Below, piece after piece: positions 10,500-21,612 of a stretch of DNA of 64,000 nucleotides (the stretch's first letter is position 1; each line of letters starts with the position of its first letter). This DNA is from Planctomycetota bacterium (GTDB lineage: Bacteria > Planctomycetota > UBA8108 > SXIK01). The notes under the pieces are model-generated. The model searched no databases. It was not told the DNA's origin and worked only from the letters and a program-made list of their open reading frames with translations. The stretch is taken from the NCBI GenBank assembly GCA_965223265.1, contig OZ244999.1, positions 4,448,001-4,512,000 of the forward strand, in the 5' to 3' direction. The position numbers and the translations under genes are program-made.

Positions 10500-10603
10500 A
10501 GGTCCTCGTGGCGTTGAAAGGAACTATGTTAAAGCGATGCGAAGAGGTGTCAAGCTGGCGCGCCGAAGGCCGGGGAAGACAGATCTTGGCGACGCGGTTC
10601 GCG

Positions 10604-10628
10604 TGCCACCTGCCACCTGCCACCTGCC
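10604..10628. repeat. 7-bp tandem repeat (tgccacc x3 plus partial)
   Basis: tgccacctgccacctgccacctgcc, upstream of miaB. Confidence 0.8.
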
Positions 10629-10763
10629 GAGGCACGTCGGAAGCCAAAGCCTGCCGTCTGGAGCCCCGGCTCACGTCCCTCGGTCTTGTCGGCTGGTGCC
10701 CGAGTCGAACGTCGACCGAGTCGACAAAGGTCAGGCGCGGAGGCCGTCGGGCACGCTCGGAGG

Positions 10764-12410
10764 TCAGGAGCGAAGAAACAAACGTGCGATGAGCACGCCG
10801 GCAAGCGCGAAGCCAAGAAGCCCCATAACGACCGGCAAACGGTCCGTCTTGAGATCACTGCCGGCGAGAAGAATGGCCGAGCTAATGGCCAAGCCGCAGA
10901 TCATCAGGGCAACCGGGACGCGGAGCGAAATCTGCTCGAGACGTCGTTCGACGCGGTCCATTTCACGCAGGTTCATTTGCAATTCCAGTTTCCCTTCGGC
11001 ACCTCGCCGCAGGATCTCTGCCAAGTTGGCCGGGTAGGAGCGAGCCGCACTCAAGATCTCCGCTGTCTCACCGCGTAAGTCACGAAGGACACGGTCCGGC
11101 GACCAACGACGGCGGAACATGTCGAGCGCATAGGGACGCACCGCAGAGACGACTTCCAGATGCGGTGCGCACAGGCGTAGGACGCTCTCGAGCAGCACGA
11201 GCGTTCTCCCCACTTGAACGTACTGCGTCGGAAGCGAGATCCCATTGCGCACAACAATCTCGAAAAGCGAGTTGAAGAGCTCGTCGACGTGGATCTCTGC
11301 AAGCTCGGTGCCGTAGAGAGGATCAAGAGTTTCCATGAGCTCAGCGGCCAATGTCCGGACGTCGATCTCATGCTGCAGCTTTCCTTGCTTCAACGCCCAG
11401 CGTGCGACGGCATCGTAGTTCCTGCGAACGAGCGCAATGATCAAGGTCAGCATATCGTCTGTCATCTGCGGCGTGCAGAGACCGACGTGGCCGAAGTCGA
11501 TGAGCCCGACGCGCCCGTCGGACATGAGGATGAAGTTTCCTGGGTGAGGATCTCCATGGTAGAACCCGTGCTCGAACACCTGTTTCAGCAGTGTGAGTGC
11601 TATTGCGGTCCCAATCTCGGCGCCGCGGACCGGGTCCAGCGGCGAGCTGCGCAGGGACGAGAGCCGGCGTCCTTCGAGGTACTCTACGGTGAGCACGCTG
11701 TCGCGCGATCGCTCCACGTCGACGCGCGGCACGTAGACGACCGAGTCGGAAGGCAACTGCTCGCGAGCGCGGACCAAGTGTCGACACTCGAAGTCGAAGT
11801 GCAGCTCCTGCGTGATGGCACGTTCAAATTGACGGACGATCCCCTCGGCGTCGATGAAGCTCAAGTCGCGCCACCCTGAGAGGAACTCCGCCAGCAGCCG
11901 AAGAACCCACAAGTCTTCCCGAATCAACTTTTCGATGCCGCGCCTCCGCACCTTCACCACGACCGACTCGCCGTCGCGCGTCCGCGCCAGGTGCACCTGG
12001 GCGATGGAGGCCGTCGCCAACGCCTTGGAGTCGATCTCAGCGAAGAACTCGTCGACCTTTCCACCAAAGGCCTCAGCGAGAGTTTTCTCGACTGCGGCAA
12101 ACGGCTCGGCGGCGACGTTGTCCTGGAGCTGGCTCAACTCAGCCACGTAGGCGGGAGGCACGAGATCCGGACGAGTGCTGAGCATCTGGCCAAACTTGAT
12201 GAACGTCGGCCCGAGCTCCTCGAGCGCCATACGCAGCCGTTCGGGCTGCTGGACCGTTTCGCGAGGTTCACGCTTGAGGAATTTGCGCAGTCGCGTCCGG
12301 ACAGGCGCCTGCAGCACGTCCGACACCTGGTGGAATCCGTGCTTGCCAAGGATGAGGGCGATATCCTTGATGCGCGGAATACTCCGGAGCGTCCTCAGCG
12401 AACGCAGCAT
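10764..12410 (-). CDS. AarF/ABC1/UbiB-family atypical kinase
   Basis: LGPTFIKFGQMLSTRPD, ASIAQVH, VVKV, HGDPHPGN, IDFG; two C-terminal TM helices. Confidence 0.93.
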   Translation of the reverse strand: MLRSLRTLRSIPRIKDIALILGKHGFHQVSDVLQAPVRTRLRKFLKREPRETVQQPERLRMALEELGPTFIKFGQMLSTRPDLVPPAYVAELSQLQDNVAAEPFAAVEKTLAEAFGGKVDEFFAEIDSKALATASIAQVHLARTRDGESVVVKVRRRGIEKLIREDLWVLRLLAEFLSGWRDLSFIDAEGIVRQFERAITQELHFDFECRHLVRAREQLPSDSVVYVPRVDVERSRDSVLTVEYLEGRRLSSLRSSPLDPVRGAEIGTAIALTLLKQVFEHGFYHGDPHPGNFILMSDGRVGLIDFGHVGLCTPQMTDDMLTLIIALVRRNYDAVARWALKQGKLQHEIDVRTLAAELMETLDPLYGTELAEIHVDELFNSLFEIVVRNGISLPTQYVQVGRTLVLLESVLRLCAPHLEVVSAVRPYALDMFRRRWSPDRVLRDLRGETAEILSAARSYPANLAEILRRGAEGKLELQMNLREMDRVERRLEQISLRVPVALMICGLAISSAILLAGSDLKTDRLPVVMGLLGFALAGVLIARLFLRS

Positions 12411-12419
12411 GAAACGGCG

Positions 12420-12752
12420 CTACCCTTCCGAACTTGGCTCGACGACGTCCGGCGCTTCAGCCGCAAGACGCTGCTCAAGCGCTGTGACCCTTTGCTCGAG
12501 GCGCTCCAGCTCCTGGCGCGCAGCGAACGGAGTCTTGCTGATCCAACGCTCAAGCTCGGACTGAATGCGTTCCGAGAACTCCCGACTCTCCTCTTCGCCC
12601 TTGGCGGCAAGGGTCTCAACAACCTTCGCGCCCTGATCCTTCGTCAGCTCCCCTCGCGAGACGAGATCATCGATCGACGTTTTGAGCTTTTCCTGGGCGA
12701 CGGAAAAGGCACCGAGACTCGCGTAGAGAGTTGTTCGCAGCGAATCGAGCAT
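12420..12752 (-). CDS. Phasin-like small coiled-coil protein
   Basis: 'LYASLGAF...IDDLVSRGELTKDQG...ELERLEQRVTALE'. GGAGG lies upstream of ATG 12752. Confidence 0.8.
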   Translation of the reverse strand: MLDSLRTTLYASLGAFSVAQEKLKTSIDDLVSRGELTKDQGAKVVETLAAKGEEESREFSERIQSELERWISKTPFAARQELERLEQRVTALEQRLAAEAPDVVEPSSEG

Positions 12753-13086
12753 GATGTAATCACCTCCAAATGATAAGCGACGGGTAGAAAGCCGCATCTT
12801 CTTCTTCGGCCGTTGATCTCACTGTCCACACTCGGAGGCCGCTCTCGGAGACTGCTCCCGGAGATCACTCTCGCAAATCGCAGCGCCGCCTCGCGTGAGC
12901 ACTCAGCTACGGCGCCGGGGTGGAGCCTCGAAACGGCCCACTTTTCCTGCGCGCAACCCGGGACTTCTCTGTGGCGCCGCAAGGCAGTCCGTAACCCGGC
13001 TTCGTGTCGCAGCGTCCACCGATCGTTAGAACCGGGGCTGTCATGCAATCGAGCCGGACGCGGGACGTCTAGCCTCAGGGCGCTCT

Positions 13087-14112
13087 TCAAAGGGCTTCCA
13101 GACAGCGATTCAGTTTGTCGATCAGGTCAGGCAACGCTCCGGTAAACCGACAACCGGCGGCCTTTGCATGTCCACCACCACCGAACTCGCGAGCAATCGA
13201 TTCCACCTCAGCGTCGCCCGTCGCCCGCAAGCTCACTTTAAAGCTGTTCGGCTCAGTTTCAACCACGAGAGCGAAAATGCGGGCGCCACGAATCGATTTG
13301 AGCTGGTCGATCATGCCGTCGAGCTCAGCGAGGTCGAGACCGGCTCGTTCATTGAGGCGGATCACGGACCAAATGAAGTCGCCGTCGCGCTCAACGCGGA
13401 CATTACTCAATGAGACGCCGAGAACTCTCGCTCGCTCCGGCGACAAGTCGTGATAAATCTGGTCGTGGAGGGATTCAACATCCAGGCGATGGGCGGAAAG
13501 CCTCGCCGCGTCGGCGAGCGCCCACGGTCCCGTGTTCGAAAACCGGAACCAACCGGTGTCGGTCGCGATCGCAATCCAGAGAGCCTGTGCCATCGTATCG
13601 TCGAGTTCGATCTCGAGGCGGTCGAGCAGCGCCAAAACAAGCGACCCCGTCGCGGGAGCCTCCGGCACCACGAGCTCGTGGTCGTAGCGGCCCACCTCCT
13701 GTGTCCTGTGGTGATCGATACAGATGCGACGCGCCCCCGGCGCAAAGAACAGCGGCTCGAAGTCCCCGATGCGGCTCGGCTCGCTGGTGTCCAGGGCCAC
13801 GAACCAGTCGGTCGGTGCGAGCTTGGCCGCGAATTCATCGGGGTTGACCTGACTCATGACGCCGGGCGGCATGAGAGGCTCGTAGCGCTTCGGAATCTGC
13901 TGCGCGGTGACGGCGCGCGCCTCTTTGCCGAGCGAGCGGAGTCCGAGTGCCAACGCGACGGCCGAACCCAGGGCGTCACCGTCAGGACCGACGTGGGTCG
14001 CGATCACAAAGCTCTTCGACGCCGAAATTGCGGCGGCCATCTCATCGAGGATGTCGGCCGCAGGACGTCCAGAAAGCGAGTCGCGCGCTAGATCGATCGG
14101 GAGTGAGCTCAT
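13087..14112 (-). CDS. nrnA: DHH/DHHA1 phosphoesterase (NrnA-like)
   Basis: HVGPDGDALGS, LD, IDHH, ATDTGWFRFSNT, SLR, GGGGHAKAAG. Confidence 0.92.
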   Translation of the reverse strand: MSSLPIDLARDSLSGRPAADILDEMAAAISASKSFVIATHVGPDGDALGSAVALALGLRSLGKEARAVTAQQIPKRYEPLMPPGVMSQVNPDEFAAKLAPTDWFVALDTSEPSRIGDFEPLFFAPGARRICIDHHRTQEVGRYDHELVVPEAPATGSLVLALLDRLEIELDDTMAQALWIAIATDTGWFRFSNTGPWALADAARLSAHRLDVESLHDQIYHDLSPERARVLGVSLSNVRVERDGDFIWSVIRLNERAGLDLAELDGMIDQLKSIRGARIFALVVETEPNSFKVSLRATGDAEVESIAREFGGGGHAKAAGCRFTGALPDLIDKLNRCLEAL

Positions 14113-14165
14113 GGAACGGTAGGACACCCTATGGCCGCAACCGGAGCTGGCGCTGAACATCTGGG

Positions 14166-14210
14166 AAAATATTGACTAAACGCCATATTTTTATTTTGTT
14201 TCAAAACTAT
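14166..14210. promoter_or_regulatory. AT-rich divergent promoter region with inverted repeat AAAATAT-N12-ATATTTT
   Basis: Sharp local drop in GC. TTGACT hexamer overlaps the inverted repeat. Lies between the divergent nrnA and XRE genes. Confidence 0.45.
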
Positions 14211-14760
14211 CTGGATGGGACGATCGCCTGAAAGAACCCAATCGCATTGAATAGCGCGCCATGAGTCCCCCGCTGCATCGTCACCCGCTGCATCGTCACC
14301 TGCCGTCCACGTCGGCAAGGCGGCAGATCGACAGGAGGGGCTGCGAATTTCGCCGCGACCACGGCGCAGACAGCCAACAAATGCCGGATCACCGATCCAA
14401 CTTCGGCACGCTCGCGGGTTGCGCTTGTACTCGCTTCTACGGAATCTCGTCAAGCCTGCCGCTCGGCGATTGTTTTTGACGACATGGAGTTGCTACGATC
14501 CAATATGTTATCTCCCCTTTTTGGCTTCTGGAAGCAACCGTGTTCGGTTGTTCTCAGCGAAATCCGCGCGGGATGCAAGACAGATGGTGGTGTTATGGTG
14601 GTCTCCGATTGTGCGGCTGGCAGAACCACACTGTCGACAGGTCCGGCTGGCGATGGCTGCCCGTCCATTCGGGAAGGGTCGTTTGCCGCGGCGACGTCAG
14701 GAACTGCGACGGGAGCGACGTCGGGAGCCAGTCACGGAGCCACTTACGGAGCGGGTCCTG

Positions 14761-15315
14761 ATGCAACCAGGTAGAAAGATTCTGAATCTACGCTGCGACA
14801 GAAAGATCTCTCAGCAAGATCTCGCCAAAGCCTGTGACATCACTCCGAGCGCCTTGTCAAAAATCGAAGCCGGCATCAACTCACCGCGTGCCAACATCAT
14901 TTGGAAGATCGCTCGCAACCTTGGAGTCACGGTCGAATACCTCCTCGATGAGGAGATGCCCTATCCATACCCAAGTCAGAACTACCAGGAAGGTGAGCTC
15001 AGCGTCGACGACGAGAACGCGCGACCGCGCGTCCGTATGGATGTCCGGCCACAGGAGAAGGCGTTCCTTGAGTCACTGCGCGGATCGCATTCGATCTGTC
15101 GCGAAATCGCCTATACCCTACCGCACGCGAATGTCGAGACGATTCGTCTGATCCACTTTTTGCTCAACCACTCGAGAATTAAGAACCCCAGCCATAAGTT
15201 TCTGAAGAACTTCGAGTTCTTGCTGACGAACGGCGACTTGCCAGGGAAAGCCGAGACGACGCCGGCCAAACCGCGAAAGAAGATCGCGAAGAAGAAATCT
15301 TCGAGTCGCCGTTAG
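14761..15315 (+). CDS. XRE-family HTH transcriptional regulator
   Basis: 'ISQQDLAKACDITPSALSKIEAGINSPRANIIWKIARNLGVTVEYLL'. Start placed at ATG 14761. Confidence 0.9.
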   Translation: MQPGRKILNLRCDRKISQQDLAKACDITPSALSKIEAGINSPRANIIWKIARNLGVTVEYLLDEEMPYPYPSQNYQEGELSVDDENARPRVRMDVRPQEKAFLESLRGSHSICREIAYTLPHANVETIRLIHFLLNHSRIKNPSHKFLKNFEFLLTNGDLPGKAETTPAKPRKKIAKKKSSSRR

Positions 15316-15414
15316 CCTGCATGCTCACGCGCCGCGGCCAGACAATGAAAGGCGAAAGACGAATGCGTTTGGGGCGTTCGCGTTGCACGCAATTGATCAG
15401 CCCTGTTGGACATC

Positions 15415-16287
15415 TCAGTTGAGCAGCGCGGCCATAGCCTCGCCGATCTTGTCGGGCGTCTCACTGATGCCGCATCCAGCCGCCGCCAGCGCCTTGACCT
15501 TCTCCGCCGCGGTCCCCTTACCGCCGGAGATGATCGCTCCGGCGTGCCCCATTCGCTTGCCGGGTGGGGCGCTCTGGCCGGCGATAAACGCAGCGACAGG
15601 CTTCGTGATCGAAGCCTCGATCAACTCTGCTGCTTCTTCCTCAGCGGTGCCACCAATCTCTCCAATCATGACGATCCCTCGCGTCTCAGAATCGGCCTCG
15701 AAGAGGCGCAGGGCGTCGACAAAGTTCGTGCCGACGATAGGATCTCCTCCGATTCCGATGCATGTCGATTGTCCCAGCCCGAGCGCAGAAAGTTGGAATA
15801 CCGCTTCGTAGGTGAGCGTGCCACTTCTGGAGACGACGCCAATGGAGCCGGGCTGGTGAATGTATCCCGGCATGATTCCAATCTTGCACTGGCCCGGAGT
15901 AATGATTCCCGGGCAATTCGGGCCAATCAGACGCGGGGCGTCCTCACCCTTGAGCACCTCCGTGACGACGGCCATGTCACGCGCCGGAATACCTTCCGTG
16001 ATGCACACAATCAGCGCTACACCGCTATCCGCAGCCTCCAGAATCGCGTCCGCGGCGAACGGCGGCGGCACGTAGATGACGCTGGCATTGCCGCCAGTCT
16101 CCTGGACGGCCTCTTCCATGGTATCGAAGACCGCAATGCCGTCGACGTCAGAGCCGCCGCGGCCAGGAGTCACACCGGCAACAACTTGCGTACCATACTC
16201 GACCGCCTGCCGGGTGTGAAACGTCCCCGTGCGTCCCGTGATCCCCTGAACGATGAGGCGCGTTTCCTGGTTGACCAGAATACTCAT
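15415..16287 (-). CDS. sucD: Succinyl-CoA synthetase alpha subunit
   Basis: MSILVN...[28 protein letters not shown]. Confidence 0.98.
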   Translation of the reverse strand: MSILVNQETRLIVQGITGRTGTFHTRQAVEYGTQVVAGVTPGRGGSDVDGIAVFDTMEEAVQETGGNASVIYVPPPFAADAILEAADSGVALIVCITEGIPARDMAVVTEVLKGEDAPRLIGPNCPGIITPGQCKIGIMPGYIHQPGSIGVVSRSGTLTYEAVFQLSALGLGQSTCIGIGGDPIVGTNFVDALRLFEADSETRGIVMIGEIGGTAEEEAAELIEASITKPVAAFIAGQSAPPGKRMGHAGAIISGGKGTAAEKVKALAAAGCGISETPDKIGEAMAALLN

Positions 16288-17450
16288 GAGTTTCCTCCGG
16301 CGGCGACGGCCTTGGCGGCAGCGTCAGACAGGCTCTTAGCGAGTGTGATCTCGAGGTTCGACTCACTGAGCAGTCGCATGCCTTCCTCGACTTTGGTCCC
16401 CTCAAGGCGAACGACAAGTGGTACGCTCAATCCAACCTTGGCGGCAGCCGCCACGATGCCCTCCGCGATGACATCGCACCGCATGATGCCACCGAATATG
16501 TTCACCAAAATGGCCTGGACGTCCTCATCGTCGAGGATGATTTTGAAGGCCTCGGTGACCTTTTCGGCGGTGGCACCGCCGCCGACGTCGAGAAAATTCG
16601 CCGGCCGACCGCCAACGTTTTGGATGATGTCGAGCGTTGCCATGGCGAGACCCGCTCCGTTGACCATACAGCCGATCGTTCCATCGAGTTTGATGTAGCT
16701 AAGGTCGAACTCTCGCGCGCGGACTTCCTGCGGGTCGTCTTCGTGCGGGTCCCAATAGCTTTGGATGTCCTTGTTTCGATAGAGCGCGTTGTCGTCGAAG
16801 CTGAACTTTGCGTCAAGCGCGACGATCTGGTCATCCCCGGTGAGTACGAGCGGGTTGATCTCGGCAAGCGAGGCGTCCGTCTCCAAAAAAGCACGCGCAA
16901 GATTCCCGAACACCGTCGCTGCGGAATTCAAGACTTTACCACTGAGCCCCAGTCGCCGGGCGACACGGCGCCCTTGAAACGGCTGTAGTCCCCGCGTCGT
17001 GGAAAACGGCTCTTTCAGAATCTTCTCGGGACTGCGAGCTGCGACCTCTTCGATTTCGACGCCTCCCTCCGAAGAGACCAGCAGCACCGGCTTGCTGACG
17101 GCTCGGTCGAGGACGATCCCGGCATAGAACTCTTGCGCGATGTCGCACCCAGCTTCGATCAGAACCTTGCGGACTTTTTGCCCCTCCGGCCCTGTCTGCT
17201 TGGTCACCAGCTGCATTCCCAGAATGTCTTCACTCGCCTGCAGCGCCTCTGACCTGCTGCGGCACACCTTCACGCCGCCGCCCTTGCCCCGGCCGCCGGC
17301 ATGGATCTGCGCTTTCACAACCCACACGTCGCCGCCCAGACTCTCGATCGCAGCGGCGGCGTCTGCAGCATCCGTAATCACCCGTCCCTCAAGCACGGGA
17401 ACACCGAAGCGCGCGAGAACTTCCTTCGCCTGAAACTCGTGGACTTTCAC
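16284..17450 (-). CDS. sucC: Succinyl-CoA synthetase beta subunit
   Basis: [42 protein letters not shown]; ATGA overlap with sucD. Confidence 0.98.
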   Translation of the reverse strand: MKVHEFQAKEVLARFGVPVLEGRVITDAADAAAAIESLGGDVWVVKAQIHAGGRGKGGGVKVCRSRSEALQASEDILGMQLVTKQTGPEGQKVRKVLIEAGCDIAQEFYAGIVLDRAVSKPVLLVSSEGGVEIEEVAARSPEKILKEPFSTTRGLQPFQGRRVARRLGLSGKVLNSAATVFGNLARAFLETDASLAEINPLVLTGDDQIVALDAKFSFDDNALYRNKDIQSYWDPHEDDPQEVRAREFDLSYIKLDGTIGCMVNGAGLAMATLDIIQNVGGRPANFLDVGGGATAEKVTEAFKIILDDEDVQAILVNIFGGIMRCDVIAEGIVAAAAKVGLSVPLVVRLEGTKVEEGMRLLSESNLEITLAKSLSDAAAKAVAAGGNS

Positions 17451-18132
17451 CGTCGTGTCTCCATGACCGTTGTCGTCGATCCGACCCGGGAGATGTCGCT
17501 GGACGGAGAAACGGTCAACACCGCGTCGACGAAGTTACGGGCCGAAAAACCGACCCCCTGACGCCAGATCGGCGGCGGAGAGACCGGCTTCAGCTGTGCG
17601 CACTTCTGCGACGGGCTGCCAAGCAACACCGCTACCACGTTCGCTCGCGGTTGCCGCACGATAGTTCTGGTGAGGCGATCCAGCGATCGATCAGGTTATC
17701 AGACGACGAAAGCGCTCTGACCAGCCGTTTCCGGGACAAGGAAAGGCAAAATTATAAAAAAGTCGATAGACACAGCAAGGGGAAAAGAGCACCCGCAACG
17801 CATCTGGCGACGTCGCTCGCCTGCCCTGCCCGAGACGATGGCCCGAGTTTTTCATGAGTTTCCACGAAGATCCAGACAGCTCCACTCCTGCGCCGGCCTC
17901 AGGCGCGCGTCCGATGTTCGCGCCGGATCGAAGACTCGCGGAGCTCAGCCCGGTGCAAGTGCGTCCCCCTCCTGCCAAATCAACCCGTGCCGCCATGGCT
18001 GTGGCCAGAGCCTTCAGACATGCGCTGCCGCGTCAGAGAAAGCTTCTGCCTGAACACATCAACGCGACACATCAACGCGTGCAGAGCGATCGTGGTGCGC
18101 CACGATCTGCGGTCGCCTCTTGGAGATATCCA

Positions 18133-18855
18133 ATGAATTGGTCCAAGTCCCACTCAACGATGGAACATCTCAGACGCCTCTTGAGTCGCGTCAACCACAC
18201 GATCGGGTGCCTGACTCGGTGCTTTGTCGTTTCGGCACTTGTCGTGACGGCGGGCTGCGCGCACTACGCTGCACGCGGGCTTGACGATCTTCAGGGCGCG
18301 GGCGCCTCCGTGCAGCAACGAGAAGCAGACGGCCTCTACATCGCAGTGGAAGACCTGACCAACCCAAGGGAATCAGTGAAATACTTCGATCGCAGTCTGG
18401 TCGATCACGGATTCGCACCGGTCATCGTGCTTCTCGAAATGGACGTCAACTCGAAGGCTCGCTTCGACGTCAACAAGGATGACATGCGTCTCGTACTCAA
18501 TACCGGTGAACGACTTGAACCGGTCGAGCCGGACGCTGTCGCCGAAACAGTTGCGTACTCGTACTGGCGTTCAACTTTCGGCTTTCTGTTCCTGGTCCCA
18601 GGGTTTTTCGTCGTTTCATCAGTGAGCGACGCCAACGCGGAACTCCTTGACGATTACCAATCCAAAGCATTCAAGAACGTTCGCATTCACCCAAACTTTC
18701 GCTCTTTGAGCGGAGTCGTCTTCTTCAAGCTGCCACCGGAGAGCGCGCCGCTCGACATGCGAGACAGCTTCGTTGAGGTGAAGGTCTACAAACACGGCGA
18801 AGACGGCGCTCTCGGTGACGTTTTCGATCTCGCCGTACATTTCCACGACAGCTGA
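18133..18855 (+). CDS. Hypothetical lipoprotein
   Basis: GGAG upstream of ATG 18133; lipobox-like VVTAGC; internal hydrophobic stretch FGFLFLVPGFFVV. Confidence 0.65.
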   Translation: MNWSKSHSTMEHLRRLLSRVNHTIGCLTRCFVVSALVVTAGCAHYAARGLDDLQGAGASVQQREADGLYIAVEDLTNPRESVKYFDRSLVDHGFAPVIVLLEMDVNSKARFDVNKDDMRLVLNTGERLEPVEPDAVAETVAYSYWRSTFGFLFLVPGFFVVSSVSDANAELLDDYQSKAFKNVRIHPNFRSLSGVVFFKLPPESAPLDMRDSFVEVKVYKHGEDGALGDVFDLAVHFHDS

Positions 18856-18991
18856 CGCGACGAACTATGCGGCTTGATCGCGCGACGACCTTTCACGACT
18901 CTGACGACCTCGGCGAAGGCGTCCGATCTGAACGCAAAGACGTCCTTCTGACTCAGCTTTCCAACCGGCGTCCTGAATTAATTGAGGCCAC

Positions 18992-21544
18992 ATGACTCGT
19001 ACACGAGATCGATTCGAGAATCAGCCAGCGCGCAGTTCGCTCTTCGTCCCCTGGATCCTACTCGCAGCCTTAGTGGTTCCTGGCTGCGGTGGACTGAGTC
19101 AACGATCGCAGGAGTTGTACGAACAAGCTCAGCTCGCCCTCGACAACAAAGATTGGCAGCGAGCGCATCAGCTGCTCTCCGAAGTACTTGAGCAGAATCC
19201 CGAGTTTCCTCCTGCCTACATCGCGCGTGGACAGGCTGAGTTCGGCATGAAGTCGTTCGACAAGGCGGTCGAAGATTTCGACGTAGCCCTGAAGCGCGGC
19301 GGCCTGAGCCCGGACGAACGTTTCGTCGCCCTGACGTTCAAAGGACGCTGTGTCATCGAGAAGGGAAGGGACTTGCGTCGGGACTTGAACGGCATGGAGA
19401 AGGGCGCGCGTTCGAAACTGCTCAAAGAAGTAAGAACGACCTTCGTCCGCGCCAACGCTCTTCTCGTGAAAGCAGTGGAGCTCAAACCGGATGGATACGA
19501 CGCCGTCCTTTGGCGCGCATACTGCTTCGTGCAGGTGGAAAACCACAAACGAGCTCTTGAGCTGCTCCGCACATGCGAGAAGGTCGCGCCGAATCGATGG
19601 GAACATCGATTCGTCAAGGCTCTGGCAACCGAAGGTCTCTACAAGATCAACCCTGAAAGTCTATCTACCTATCTCGAATTGGCGCGTACCGGACGCTCAG
19701 ACGAATACGCCGTCGTGTTCGAGCACCTCATCACGACGTTTCCAAAAGTTGAGCAGGACTCACAGCGGCGCATCTTTCGCTATGTCGAGAACTTCGTCAA
19801 AGCAGTGCCAGGCCACCCGTCGACGCTGGACTCGTTCCTGAATGAGACCCAGGAGCAGATTCTGCGCGAAGAACGTGAGGAGCGGATCCGCAACGGCATC
19901 GCCCGAGCCGAAGCGTTCGCAGAAAATCAAAAGTATCAAAACGCGATCGAACTTCTTGAGACACTCATGGCCAAAGAAGGGGACTCGGAAGTTGCAGCTC
20001 AGTCTCTGCAGGACGTTCGGGAACGCTGGTCTCTGTCCCTCGAGGCGCGGGCGGTCACCCGTTCGACGTCGGACGACAAAGAGCAGCTACGAGCTGCGCT
20101 CGAAGACTACCAGATGGCACAACGCTTGACGAAAAAGGTCGACCGTCTCGGGACACTTCAGCAGAAGATCAATGCTGTCACGCTCGTCCTAACGCGCCGG
20201 GAGACGGCACTGAAGCTTGAACGCAGTTTCGAGCAGCTCAAGAAGGAACTGTTCGCCGAAGCGCTCGCAGAGCTCCGTGGAATCTCTCTCGATGATCTCA
20301 CGCCGGAGGATACGGATCTCTACCACTACCTGCGAGGCGTGGCCAGCTACCACCTGGGTCACTGGAAAGTGGCGGCGAAATCCCTCGAGCAGATCGTGCA
20401 CCGCGACTACCCGAACATTGATACTCTCCAGGGAATGGCGCTCATGAAAGGAGACGACGCCGAAGCCGGCGCTCGCATACTCATCAACGTTCCCGCAGAA
20501 CGTCGAACTGACGAAGTCCATCGCAGTCTTGCTGAATACTTCCTCAAAGGTAACGACCTTGAGAAGGCCATTGGCTACCTAGGAGCCATCAAGAAGAAGA
20601 CGAACGCGGACTTCGAAGCAGAGCTCGAAGCACGTGAGACGCTCGGACGTCAATTCTTCGAAGACCATAGGTACGATGCCGCGAGAGATCACCTCGTCGC
20701 CGCAAAGAACCTCCTGGAGCAGAAGCTGGACCGCAAAGCCCCCGACGTTTACCTCTATCTTGGGCATAGCTACTTTCATAGCGAGGACTTCGAACGAGCA
20801 AAGAAAGCGTACACGGACCTCAGCAGCTCGCGGCTGACCGAGGCGGAAAGAACTCGCTGTCGCGAACTCTACCTTCAACGTGCCAAGATCTACCTGCAGG
20901 AACGACTCCCTGACCTTGCCTACGAAGATTTGTCGACGTTCGAAAGACTGGGCGGCGAGTTTGCGGACGAAAGTCTCGTTCGAAAGTATTCCTGGCTAGT
21001 TGCCACGTACGCCGACTATATGCCACTGACCAAAATCCACTACTGGACCTACGTCAACGTAACGACCGGCAAAAGCTCGCGCCTGTCCGTCGGGAATCAA
21101 GTGGACGGCGTGTACAAGATTGAGCGACACGAAGATCACATGACGACCGAGGAGTCGTGGGCGAAAGAAGGGACGACTCTCATCAGAAAGCTTGGGGGCG
21201 ACATTTGGCGTCTGCCGATCAATCTGGAGCCGGCGACGGACACCTTTCCGAGCCACGAGTATCGCGCCGACGAAGGAAGAGTGAAGATCGAATACAAGTC
21301 GGAGATTCAGTCGAACGGGGAAGTGGTCGAGCTCGCTGACGGCAGGACGCTTCGAAACTGCATCAAGGTGCAGCTCAAAAAGACGCGCTCCGAGCCTGGC
21401 AAGGCGGTCTCGTTTCTCGTCTACGTGTTCTACTTCGCACCCGACGTTGGCGAGGTGAAGCGCGAGGTACTTCTCGACGGAGAGAAAGTCTCCGAGGTCG
21501 TGCTCTCAAGTTGGGCGTACCGCAGCGACACGCTGGGCAATTAA
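18992..21544 (+). CDS. TPR lipoprotein with C-terminal beta-rich domain
   Basis: LVVPGC lipobox, many TPR-like repeats, C-terminal '...NCIKVQ...YFAPDVGEVKRE'. Confidence 0.8.
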   Translation: MTRTRDRFENQPARSSLFVPWILLAALVVPGCGGLSQRSQELYEQAQLALDNKDWQRAHQLLSEVLEQNPEFPPAYIARGQAEFGMKSFDKAVEDFDVALKRGGLSPDERFVALTFKGRCVIEKGRDLRRDLNGMEKGARSKLLKEVRTTFVRANALLVKAVELKPDGYDAVLWRAYCFVQVENHKRALELLRTCEKVAPNRWEHRFVKALATEGLYKINPESLSTYLELARTGRSDEYAVVFEHLITTFPKVEQDSQRRIFRYVENFVKAVPGHPSTLDSFLNETQEQILREEREERIRNGIARAEAFAENQKYQNAIELLETLMAKEGDSEVAAQSLQDVRERWSLSLEARAVTRSTSDDKEQLRAALEDYQMAQRLTKKVDRLGTLQQKINAVTLVLTRRETALKLERSFEQLKKELFAEALAELRGISLDDLTPEDTDLYHYLRGVASYHLGHWKVAAKSLEQIVHRDYPNIDTLQGMALMKGDDAEAGARILINVPAERRTDEVHRSLAEYFLKGNDLEKAIGYLGAIKKKTNADFEAELEARETLGRQFFEDHRYDAARDHLVAAKNLLEQKLDRKAPDVYLYLGHSYFHSEDFERAKKAYTDLSSSRLTEAERTRCRELYLQRAKIYLQERLPDLAYEDLSTFERLGGEFADESLVRKYSWLVATYADYMPLTKIHYWTYVNVTTGKSSRLSVGNQVDGVYKIERHEDHMTTEESWAKEGTTLIRKLGGDIWRLPINLEPATDTFPSHEYRADEGRVKIEYKSEIQSNGEVVELADGRTLRNCIKVQLKKTRSEPGKAVSFLVYVFYFAPDVGEVKREVLLDGEKVSEVVLSSWAYRSDTLGN

Positions 21545-21612
21545 TTGACCACGTAGACGGCGTCGCGTCCGCGCACACAGGGTCAGTGGCCTCGAGTCCG
21601 ACCAGACCGTTG

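Noticed and set aside
10594-10609. Sigma-54 promoter for miaB (TGGCAC-N5-CCGC on the minus strand)
   Set aside because: The -12 element deviates from TTGC, and the site merges into a 7-bp repeat.
14419-14760. N-terminal extension of the XRE regulator
   Set aside because: Arg-rich, non-conserved-looking sequence; the HTH begins right after ATG 14761.
17451-18132. Possible ncRNA or small ORF between sucC and the lipoprotein gene
   Set aside because: No recognisable RNA family or credible ORF; only an AT-rich promoter-like patch near 17745-17770.
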